DNA of 63,963 nt, counting the filler, from Barthelona sp. PAP020 (taxonomy: Eukaryota): assembly GCA_040182905.1 (NCBI GenBank). It is 3 parts of 3 records of this genome, joined end to end, with 100 filler letters (N's around TTAATTAATTAA, not from the genome) between each part and the next. Parts side by side here need not be neighbours in the genome. Positions count along the whole stretch, not along the records: positions 25,603 to 51,235 come from JARQWU010000146.1; positions 51,336 to 63,963 come from JARQWU010000340.1; 1 more part is not named here. One strand, 5' to 3'. Made by a program: the position numbers and the translations under genes. Below, one piece after another: positions 43,562-53,571 of the stretch. Below the pieces are notes generated by a model. The model had not been told where the DNA came from, ran no database searches, and saw only the letters and a program-made list of their open reading frames with translations. Numbering within the stretch: position 1 is the first letter of the stretch; each line of letters starts with the position of its first letter.

Positions 43562-43776
43562 CTTTTATTAGATATTTATGAGGAATGAGTTGTTCAGTGA
43601 ACAACGAAATGAATTAGCTTAAGGTTTGGGAAAAACTCACGTGGATTCAGATGCCCAAGTAACTTAAAAAATTGGAACTAAAGATGGTCAAGAAACAACA
43701 AAATAAAGGAAGTGATATTTGTTGACCTCTTTATATCTCCAATAAATTCCGTTCATTGAGCATGAACTTCCACATT
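43562..43776 (+). repeat. Dispersed repeat, copy 3, between convergent genes
   Basis: Matches the other two copies; contains the palindrome GTTGTTCA-G-TGAACAAC. Confidence 0.92.
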
Positions 43777-43819
43777 TTTGAAAAAAAAAAAAAATTAAGA
43801 AAATATGAAACAGGAAAAT

Positions 43820-46023
43820 TTATACACACTTTATTTGGAAAACCACAATTTTCTCAACTGGCCTACCTCCAACTGCACCTTTGACGCGAACTCGAGCAAC
43901 AAATTCGGTACTTTCATTTGGGTCAGTCATCGTGACCTTTTGCAAAACTTGGTTTGCTTCAATTTGTGCAGAAAACACCTTTTGCTTCCAACCAGAAACA
44001 CAAGAAAATTCCATGTCACAATTCAAAGGAATGGTAGATGCCAAAATAAACATTGCCTCAAAATTACCAACCGATAACATTTTTACAACACATCTCAATC
44101 TTGTTGTTTCATTAATTACTTGTTCTTCAATGAAAGGTTTGATTTTCTTTGGTTGGGGTTTTTGAGCAAATTGATCAATGAAGGAATCTGAAGACTGAAC
44201 TGGTTCAACACTTATCAAATCTAACAAGAATCACCTTTTGATTTTTGTTCAGTGGTATCCGAAGGCCCTGCTAACAAATCCAGCAAATCCTCTTCCAATG
44301 ATTCACCCTTCTTCTTAGTGTCAATATGAATTTCTTGAACTTCTTCAACTTCTTTTTCTTCCATCATACCAACTGCATCAAGAACAATGGCAGCATACTC
44401 AGGTGTCTTTAATATTTCCAAAACTTCTAGAGCACGAGTTTGAGTCTCACTATCACGAGAAGTAGTGTATGATGAAATAATTTTCATGATGGGAATTCTC
44501 CAAATTTCAACTCTAGCTGCCAATTTGGCAATGGCAGAAATAAATAAGGCAGTGTTATTTTGATCAACTACCTTGTGTAAATGAGATAAAAATTTGACAG
44601 AGTTAACATCTCTGAGGTCTAACAAATCACAATACTCACCAATAATCCAAATATATGATTGTAACGCTTTGCTATACATAGGAACTTCATTGCTTAAAGT
44701 TTCGTGACATATTTCAACCAACTTAGTTTGCAATTCAACTGGCATACGCTGAACACCAGTCAAAAATGTTGAATATGCGGTCGAAGCAATTACATCACCA
44801 TGTCTGACAAGCAGTTTATTTGCCAAATCTGGTGCCCATTCTTCTTCGGCAAATCTGGTGACTAAAACTTCCAAAGAAACATCAGCTAACGCACTTCTTT
44901 TCCAAGATGCATTTGTTGAATCTAACATTACAATCAACTTGTCTAAAATATGCTTATTCATCACAAGTCTCAATAAATGTAAAGACAAAAAGAATAAAGA
45001 ATCACTAGCTGTTACACAGTCAGAAATCATATCAACAAATCGTGAAATACGTGCAGCGATGAAGGGATTGAATGACAGCACTGACCACATTGTTCTCAAA
45101 GCAACATATCGCAAAGATATTGGCATACCATCGTTTAACAGAGACGAAAGAGATGTTAAAGCGAAATTGCGACATCTTTCATCCTCTTGAACCAACAACA
45201 ATTTACAAATTTCATGTAACCTTGCTGCATGTCGAGCATTACCACCTGGTGTGCTAGGAATAAGTTTTGTTGTGTAATTGATCAAAGTGGCCAATTTTTC
45301 AGTCAAAACAGGAGAAGAGACATAACCCAAAAGTTTAATTGCAAAACATCCCAAAAACGAATCCTCCCCTTTGGCAAACAAGATTAAATCATCGACATTT
45401 TCGTTCACAATTTCTTCAATAGAGATCTTATTTTCTGCTAAAGCATTCAAATATTGAAAAACCACAAGAGGATACCTTTTCAAATAAGGAATAACTAATT
45501 CAGTGATCTCTTCATTGTGACCACACAAATTAAAATGTCGAAGACAAAGAATCAACAACGCCTTAGCAGTATATGCAGGATGAGTCTTTTCTAATTGTTT
45601 ACAAATTTCTGCAGTCAAAGAATGGAGCATTTCGACAGAGGCGATATTGTTTAAACAAGTTAAAGCCAAAAAAACTCTTCTGATATCAGTAGAATATAAA
45701 TGATTTATAACAGATTGTGTAATCAAAAAAAGTGTTTCATCACTATAATCAGATGCAATAATTAACAACAAATATCCCAAAATATTGTGATTCAACTTTT
45801 TTGAAGCCAATAAAGAAATTGCAGAAGACTTGGAAAAAGATACATCATATCCCATTAAATTGATGTACATTAATTTTGGAATCATTCTACTCCATTCATC
45901 CATATCAACATCTTGTTTGAATATTGTACGAATATCTGCCAAAGTTCTCAACAAAAGTTGTTTTTCTTTTGCTCCAGAACTAATGTTTCGTAAAGTCAGA
46001 AAAAAATCAGCACTCGAATCCAT
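43820..46023 (-). CDS. AP1G1: AP-1 complex gamma adaptin (trunk 46023-44221, ear 44227-43820), split by a 1-nt frame break
   Basis: Trunk motifs KLMYINLMGY, WIIGEYCDLL and ETQTRALE, plus hinge LLDLL. The overlapping downstream ORF resembles the gamma ear (QKVTMTDP...RVRVK). Confidence 0.8.
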
Positions 46024-46237
46024 TAAATAAAACTTGGTGAAATTATTTTCCTTTTGTTTTCATTCGATATCAGTTTAATTCGCAAAATACATGACGTTTC
46101 TTTTATTTGTAAATACCTTAATTGGTCAAAAGTATAAAAGTATCAAAGTAATAATAAAAAAACAAATCGGGAAATTTACACTGTTTCAAATGAAACCATT
46201 TGTTTGGGAAAATATTTAAAAGACTTTTTTTTGTTAA

Positions 46238-46822
46238 TTAATGAGAATTGGTGGCAATAAACTTTCTTTCCAAATTTGTAATTTGACTATGCCATTCTTC
46301 AACAAACGTTTCTATATCATCATTTCGCTTTGCATAAAGTTCATCAATAATTTTTTGAATGTCTTTAACCAACTCATGGTTTTCCGAAAATTTAGCATCT
46401 AACAACAATCTAAGAATAGATGAACTCAAATCAGCCAAAGAATCATAATCATATTGACCAATTTGAATCATATCATGACAAGTAAGAAAAGATTGTCCAA
46501 TATCAAAATAGGCTCTTGCAACAGAAAAACCGGTATCTTTGGAGGGTTGAATGTTAATACGTCCTTTATTTAAAGCATTCAAAGCAGACGGAACAACCAT
46601 TCTGTATTTTTGAACAAACGCACGAAAATCAATACCATGATCTTGACACTGATGAATGACAGATGACAATAAATATGTGGCCTCATCATCAACTTTTTGT
46701 GCATTTAGACTGGTTTTATTGTCTAACAAAAAATTTAACAAAGATATGTTTGTAAATATTGATTTTTCGACATTAACAGTGCTTCTTTCAGAAGTTTGAA
46801 TGGATACTGTTTGATTTAACAT
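46238..46822 (-). CDS. Probable divergent ESCRT-I subunit VPS28
   Basis: Size fits; FVQKYRMVVPSALNAL and SFLTCHDMIQIG...DSL resemble Vps28 FxxxYxLxCPxA and FITxMDxLxL. Confidence 0.55.
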   Translation of the reverse strand: MLNQTVSIQTSERSTVNVEKSIFTNISLLNFLLDNKTSLNAQKVDDEATYLLSSVIHQCQDHGIDFRAFVQKYRMVVPSALNALNKGRINIQPSKDTGFSVARAYFDIGQSFLTCHDMIQIGQYDYDSLADLSSSILRLLLDAKFSENHELVKDIQKIIDELYAKRNDDIETFVEEWHSQITNLERKFIATNSH

Positions 46823-47158
46823 CTGAACTTTAAAATAAAAGAAAAAACAATGAAATGTTGTTGGGCTTGGAATGCATTTTTTATCAACAACTAATTTAGC
46901 AACTTTATATTATTTATATCTCACGTTAAAATCAATAAAGTATATGGCAACCTATTGTTAAAAAAATGAATTGAAAGTAAATAGCATCACAGCAAAATAT
47001 CCAACCATATTTCTCCTCATTTTATCACACATGTCCCTGATAGTATTCTATCAACGAATTTGCAATGAAATATCCAAGTTTTTCATTCTAAAAGCGTTTT
47101 CAAAACACTTTTAATTGTTCAAAAAAAACATCACATCAAATATTTATCTTTCTACATT

Positions 47159-47698
47159 CTATTTCTTGAATAATTCTTTCAAATGCTTGTCTAAAAGTTT
47201 AGTATCACAATTCTCAATATATTCACCATTTAAAGTTATTACCGGACCAGAAGAACACGCTCCCAAACATTGAACTTTTTCAAGATTAACTAAACCATCA
47301 CTGTTTTCAGTGATATTCCACTTCTCTTTTAAATGTTTAACCAAAGCATCGTTACCCTCAAGATTACAGCAAACTCCATCACATACTTGAATCGTATTTG
47401 GAGCATGTGGTTTTGTTTTGAACATAGAGTAAAAGGAAACCGTTTGTGAAACATCATTTAAATTCATTTCACAAATATCAGCAGCATATTTTAACAAACT
47501 TGGGGATAAATAATCAAAATTGTCTTGTAAAATGTGTAATAAGGGAATTAAAGCTGAATGCTTGTGGTCGTCGGGATATTTTTGCAACAATGAACAAATT
47601 TCACTGGACAAACCACCACCACAAGTACAGTCCGTACATGCATTTCGTAGAGAAGATATAAATATTGTTCTCAAAAGGTTTTTTGACAGATTCAACAT
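47159..47698 (-). CDS. nuoE: NADH dehydrogenase 24-kDa subunit (NuoE) [2Fe-2S], with putative organellar presequence
   Basis: SALIPLLHILQ, VSFYSMF, and ligands C-x4-C (VCDGVCC) and CLGAC. The ATG at 47698 follows a T-rich leader and gives MLNLSKNLLRTIFISSLR. Confidence 0.92.
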   Translation of the reverse strand: MLNLSKNLLRTIFISSLRNACTDCTCGGGLSSEICSLLQKYPDDHKHSALIPLLHILQDNFDYLSPSLLKYAADICEMNLNDVSQTVSFYSMFKTKPHAPNTIQVCDGVCCNLEGNDALVKHLKEKWNITENSDGLVNLEKVQCLGACSSGPVITLNGEYIENCDTKLLDKHLKELFKK

Positions 47699-47735
47699 AC
47701 TAAAAAAGAAAAAGAAAAAACAAGAAAACAAAAAT

Positions 47736-48827
47736 TTACATTTCAATCCTTATTTTTGAAGATGTACTTTCAAAATTAAGAACATTGAATTGGTTTGTAA
47801 TTAAAATATCTTTCACAACATCAAATTTGGATTTTTCAATAATAACACAAAGAGCATCATATCCACCAGCTCCAGGTGTCACAACACCAATCACTCCCCG
47901 TATTTCCCTAATGAAGTTATACATGTCCCAAATAAAATCCGGAACAATGGGAACATTCGTCAATTGACCCAATTTTCTAAAAAGCATCATATATTTCAAT
48001 AATTGTTGACTGATATCACAATTTAATGCAGTAAAATCAATTTCATTCACAGAATTGACCAATTCTTGTTCAATTTCAGGATGAACTTCCAAAAAGTTTT
48101 TAACAGTTGAAGACATTGATGGTGTTTTGGATCCCAACCCCGTTTTAACCATCAAAAAGGAAAATCTTGAAAAATCAAATGAATCATATCCTGTTTTTTT
48201 GTTCAATATTGTCAATAAATCAAAATTATCAGAGTTACAAATTTCATATTGCTTTTGAAAACGAATAGGGCCATTAAACGCTGTTGCAATATCAAAACCT
48301 GAACCTTTATAATTTTGTCCGACAAAATGAGCGACATATGCAGTGTTTTCACAGTAAAAATCAAATGGTAGTAAAAAAAAAGCAAAGATTGAACCAACTA
48401 CAGAAGAAACAAAAGCAGCACTTGATCCAAGTCCTGTTTTCCCAATGATTTCATTGGTTTTAGATGACTTTTCATAAAAGCTTTCATCACCTTTCACAGT
48501 AAATGATATTCCTCTGGTTCTTATAAAATTATTAATGCCAATATTTTTTAACCTCAAAGCTTCAAAAGAAAAAAATAAAGAGGAAGTAATAAAATCGGTT
48601 ACACAACTAAAATCATGAAACAAATCAAAATCGTATTCATTAGTAAAATTAAAATCCTTAGAACAAAAAGAAATTAAATTGGGTTTAAATGTATTGATAT
48701 TACAATAAATTCTTGCACCTAAAGGAATGACAAATCCAGAATTTTGGGGGTTTAAGATTAAATAACCACCAACTAATAAACATTTTCCAGGCGCTGAAAC
48801 TGTCAATGAAGTGAATTCATCATTCAT
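47736..48827 (-). CDS. ERG8: Phosphomevalonate kinase, ERG8 (GHMP) type
   Basis: SAPGKCLLVGGYLIL, KTGLGSSAA, GSGFDIA and PGAGGYDA motifs. Confidence 0.9.
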   Translation of the reverse strand: MNDEFTSLTVSAPGKCLLVGGYLILNPQNSGFVIPLGARIYCNINTFKPNLISFCSKDFNFTNEYDFDLFHDFSCVTDFITSSLFFSFEALRLKNIGINNFIRTRGISFTVKGDESFYEKSSKTNEIIGKTGLGSSAAFVSSVVGSIFAFFLLPFDFYCENTAYVAHFVGQNYKGSGFDIATAFNGPIRFQKQYEICNSDNFDLLTILNKKTGYDSFDFSRFSFLMVKTGLGSKTPSMSSTVKNFLEVHPEIEQELVNSVNEIDFTALNCDISQQLLKYMMLFRKLGQLTNVPIVPDFIWDMYNFIREIRGVIGVVTPGAGGYDALCVIIEKSKFDVVKDILITNQFNVLNFESTSSKIRIEM

Positions 48828-49000
48828 TAAATAAATCTCCAAAACATTTTTAAAAGAAAGTCATCATTTTTTTTTTATACATTGTGGTCAATTGGTGCAA
48901 AAAACTAAGTAAACAACAGAAATCAATATTTGAGCATTATTCATCAAAGTCAAGTTTAGTTTTTTCAATTAAATTTTTTTACTTTTTAGCCATATATTTA

Positions 49001-50365
49001 ATGGACAAAATCGTTGATTCAACTTTGAAATATTCATTTGAGTCAATGAAAACTATTGGTTCTAATTTTTATGAGTATAATCTTGATAATTATCAACAAT
49101 TGTTTTCTGGTTGTCCTCATTTTTATTCATTTAATGTAGATGATATATATGATATATTAACTGATCCTGAATTTCAACAAGCGAGAAAAAACAAACATTT
49201 GCAATGTTTTGGGTGTAATGAAACCAAAGATCTATGGTATTGTTTATCTCCCGGATGTAACACAATTGGATGTTCAAAACATATAGTAGACCATTGCAAT
49301 ATTCATGGGATAAAATTAAATTCCATGGCTGAATGCAAACTTGATCATTCTCTTTTAATGTACTTAGGAGAACCTGTATCAGTTTTTTGCGTGAAATGTC
49401 AAAAACATATTTTAGCTTATGATATTTATGATGAAAATACACGTAAACAATTGGAAGATTTAAGGAATATTATTCAAAATCCTGAAGCTTTGGAGAATAA
49501 ATACATGACTGCTGAACGAATAGCTAAGATTGAAGCTAAAAAAGAGAAATTGATAAAAGAAAAAGAAAAAGCAAAGGAAGAAAAGATTGCGAGACGGAAA
49601 GTTTTGGTTGAAAAACGTCGAGAAGAAAAGATCGCTGAAAAGGAGAAAAAACGAGCATTTGTTGAAAATCTGGCAAAAAGTAATCCTTTGCTTCAGGCTC
49701 CTCAAGTAAAGATGAAACATCAATCTCGATTAACTACAGGATCTATATTCTTAAAACATGGCAGAAGAGGTTCACCTAATCGTCGTTTTGTTTGGTTATC
49801 TGAGGACCTATCTTCAATTTCATGGAGAGATCCTCGATCAACCAAAATTAGAAATTCGTTACATTTCAATGATGTGAAAGAATTGATTATAGGACAAGAA
49901 ACACCAGTTTTTAAGCGTAAATCAGGAAGACCAAATCGAGAAGAATATTCATTCTCTCTTATTACGGAAGATCGAACATTAGATTTGGAAGCACCCACAA
50001 AAGCTCAAGCAGAAGCTTGGATTGCCGCTATTCAGTGTCAATTGGCGAAAAATGATCCCAAATTACAAGAGGATGCAGAAAAGTTTTTGGCGAAGTATCC
50101 AAGTGGTGTTCAAACACTTTTGTCTCTTTTGGAAACAGATCCAGATTTTGTTATTGAAGACACCACTGGTTTAACCCTTAATGATCAAACCCTCTCTGAA
50201 ATTGTAAAGGAAAAGCCTCGAATGAATTTGGGAATGTTATTGGCTTTGAAGGCTTTAAGTCAATCTAAGCCTCTTGTAAAACCTCAAAATTCTGACTTAG
50301 TTCCATCCGATGATGGTATTAAAATGGAGGAAGACAATGATAGTGGTTATAATCCTGAAATGTAA
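49001..50365 (+). CDS. ZnF-UBP, coiled-coil and PH domain protein
   Basis: CPH...CFGC...LWYCL...CxxxGC...H...H...VFCVKC; a K/E-rich helix; PH domain FLKHGRRG...SFSLITEDRTLDLEA...AEAW. Confidence 0.8.
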   Translation: MDKIVDSTLKYSFESMKTIGSNFYEYNLDNYQQLFSGCPHFYSFNVDDIYDILTDPEFQQARKNKHLQCFGCNETKDLWYCLSPGCNTIGCSKHIVDHCNIHGIKLNSMAECKLDHSLLMYLGEPVSVFCVKCQKHILAYDIYDENTRKQLEDLRNIIQNPEALENKYMTAERIAKIEAKKEKLIKEKEKAKEEKIARRKVLVEKRREEKIAEKEKKRAFVENLAKSNPLLQAPQVKMKHQSRLTTGSIFLKHGRRGSPNRRFVWLSEDLSSISWRDPRSTKIRNSLHFNDVKELIIGQETPVFKRKSGRPNREEYSFSLITEDRTLDLEAPTKAQAEAWIAAIQCQLAKNDPKLQEDAEKFLAKYPSGVQTLLSLLETDPDFVIEDTTGLTLNDQTLSEIVKEKPRMNLGMLLALKALSQSKPLVKPQNSDLVPSDDGIKMEEDNDSGYNPEM

Positions 50366-51235
50366 CTCTTTTCGTTTTCCTTTGCTTTTATTGTAAAGAA
50401 AAAATTATTTTTAGTTTATTTTTCACATTTGCTAACACGTTTCAATTAAATTTTCATGAAACTTAAAGGTTTGAAACTAATTTTTAAGTGGTAAAATTGG
50501 CAAAGTGCCTTATTTGTGCAGTCATTCAAGTATTGGTCCTGAAAATCTTAGTGAATTGAAAAGAAATTAACCGTATTTTTTATTCTTTGAGAGAGGGGGA
50601 GGGGAGGACATCGTGCGTAAAAGAAACCTCTCCATTTCTCCTGTGCATCTTGGTATAAAGATAGGCTTAACTGATGTCAAAATTGCAGTTTACCCAACTA
50701 AGCCTACTTAAGAACTAAAATTTGATTGTGACAGTCAAGTGGAAAAATTCAGAAAAAGAAGTTTCTTTTCCTTGTTTTTTGTGTGTGACAAAAAGTAAAA
50801 TTTTAAAGTTTTTAATTTTTCCTGTGGAAAGTGTTCGTAGCCAAGTGGACGGATTTCACCCAAAAGACAAAATAAACATTGTTCTAGGTTCTATTCTTGC
50901 ACTTCTGATTGTTAAATATGATCCAATACATATATAATAATTTATAATAAGAATAAGAACGTTACACAAGCTGTAAGTAAAGTAAAAATTAGTTTCCAAT
51001 CAGAATTATCTTAATTCGGAACACAATGAAAGAACGTGAATTTATCTGATTGATAAATGAGGTCAAGTAAACAATATTCTAAACAGCTCTATATCACTAT
51101 TTTGTTTAAGTTTCGCCCTGGGAAAGAACCTTCCTTTTTTTTTTTATAGGAGAGTTCTGAACCAATCTACGCACAACAGACCAGTGACAAGTAACCCAAA
51201 CTCTAACCTTGAACAGTAAAAGCTTTTATCAAATG

Positions 51236-51335
51236 NNNNNNNNNNNNNNNNNNNNNNNNNNNNNNNNNNNNNNNNNNNNTTAATTAATTAANNNNNNNNN
51301 NNNNNNNNNNNNNNNNNNNNNNNNNNNNNNNNNNN
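51236..51335. other. Artificial contig-joining linker
   Basis: N44-TTAATTAATTAA-N44. Confidence 0.97.
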
Positions 51336-52845
51336 GAGTTCGGCAAATTCGATGATGGGCGCAATCAGATACGTGGCTCCTGAATTGGCTGATGAATCAG
51401 AAGTTATTAAAGCGATGCCTGCTGATGTTTGGTCATTTGGTGTAATGTTGGCTCAGGTCATTTCTGGGTTTGTTCCATTTGATGGGTTGACTGAGTTTCA
51501 AATTGCTGTTAAATTGAGTAGGGGACAACTTCCATACAGCAAGGAATTATTGGATACAATACCTGGATTTGGAATCATCAAGAGGTGTTTGAATGTTGAG
51601 GCAGATGCCAGGCCAACATTCAGTGAGATTACTGAGTATTTGCAAATGTTGATTGAGCGTTTCGAGGGGTTGGGATTTGACGAGAAGAGGTTGGTGAAGG
51701 AGAATGCTGTGTTGAAAAAGGAAAAGAACAGTTGGCTTTTGGAAAGAAAGAAATATGTGAAAAAATTTCATGAATTCAAAGATGAAATCGGTAGGTTGAA
51801 AGCTAAAGAGGAGAAATGGATGAATAAAAACAAGGAATTAACAAATCATGTCGAACATTTGACAAACCAATTGAATGACCTTATGAACAACAATAATAGA
51901 GAACCATTCAATGAAAATAGAAAGCAAATTGCTCGAGCAGTCGAAAGATTTAAAGAAAGGCCTGTGTTTAGTGAAGATTTTTTTGATGGCTATGTTTTTG
52001 CCCTTGATTACAGCCCTAATGGACGGTTTTTTGCCTTTGCAGGATATAATAGAAAATTACTCAAAGTCTACAACGCTGAAACACATGAAATTGTGCATGA
52101 AGGACAGTATGTACATGCTTATGGTCTTAATTTCAGTCCAGACTCCAAACTATTGGCTGTTGGTGGTTATGGTCCAGCAATTCATATCATTGAGGTTGAT
52201 ACTTGGAGAACAGTAAGAGTGATTACTGGTATGGCAAAAACTGTAATACGTGTGTGGTTTTCACCAGATGGCCAATTGCTTTCTTTTGGTATGGGTGATG
52301 GTTACATTGGCATATACACGGTCGAAGGACAGAAGTTGCATGAATCTCGAGCTCATGAAAAATATGTTTACTCTGTACGTATCAGCCCCGATATGAAGTA
52401 CTTTGCTTCTATCAGCGATGATGGATGTTCAAAGTTGTTTTCATTGAAGACCTACGAAGAGCTTTACAGGTGGAGTCATGATGGAAATGAGGTCAAATCA
52501 GGCAATTTCTCACCCGATAGTGCTTATTGGGCGACAGGTGATAGAGTTGGTACAATCAGGATTTTTTATGTTGAATCTAGAGAGTTGGTGGGAAGGTACA
52601 AGGTTCATTATGGGTTCATATCCTCAATCATCTTCTCCCAAGATGGTTCATTGATCTATTCTATTTCTGATGACAAATCATTTGCTGTGATTCGAAGAGA
52701 AACAGGTCAAGTGTTGCAGAAAGTGAAAGCTCCTTTTTCTATTCGTGCTATGGCCCTCAACCATGATAGAACTCGTTTGTTGTGTAGTGGATGGAATAAT
52801 TCGAATTATATTCCAATCCAAGAATTCATTGCTTCAGACCAGTAA
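51336..52845 (+). CDS. 5'-truncated protein kinase (TKL-like C-lobe), coiled coil and WD40 propeller
   Basis: Frame is open from the contig edge. GAIRYVAPE, DVWSFGV and RPTF; heptad region; about seven WD40 blades (YSPNG, FSPDS, FSPDG). Confidence 0.85.
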
Positions 52846-53571
52846 AACTTCACGTTGTATTTTCCTTTTATATCCCCTGATTACATGTTCATCTGGCTTC
52901 ACAAAAACCAAAACAACTGAACAATCAAACGATTTGAGAGAATTCAAGATCCTAAACTTTTATCCTCTTGTTTTTGCTAGGATTTTCACATTTAGACAAA
53001 CACCAGTTTCTTTGAACCAACTCAATCAGTTGCCGTCATGAACTCTCAGGCATATCGTATCTTAACAAACAAATCCCAAAGAATTAATTTAACGGATCAT
53101 TTATCATCAAATTGAAGTCCCTAAAAGCGTGGTGTTTTCCATTGAACACGAAACTTTGAATCACCTGCCATTGATTTTACACTTTCAGTTCACCTGTGAG
53201 TTGCTGTTTTCCTTCTTTTTAGAGAATTTTGGCATTATCAAGAGTCAAAAACATTGAATCCATTCTTTGGTAGGGTCAAACTCATTTTGTTTTGGGAGAA
53301 AAGAAAAGAGAAATATGTTGTTTATTTGAGGAAAATTTAGCCTTGAGAAGGAAATCAACATGGAGAACATTCAATTTTGACATGCCAGGATGAGATTTTT
53401 TAAAAAGAATATTTCCCTCCTTGCTCTTTTGAAATTTGAAAGAGCCAATATGGATTAATTACTTCCAACTAGTACTCTGCATGCGATAGTGTTTATTTGG
53501 TTAAATACTTAAAAAAAAAGAACATTTTTTGTTTTTTGTAGATTTTATTGTTGTACAAACATTTTTAATTG

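Noticed and set aside
43781..43794. A14 tract (and A19 at 760-778) as retroposon poly(A) tails of the dispersed repeat
   Set aside because: Both lie about 25-35 nt past the stop of an adjacent minus-strand gene, where many genes here have U-rich tracts. Their distance from the repeat also differs between copies.
47699..47746. ERG8/NuoE coding overlap and Phe-rich N-terminal extensions in the ORF track (also 36547-36660, 48884-49000, 57124-57189)
   Set aside because: These are translated T-rich leaders; downstream ATGs give sensible N-termini.
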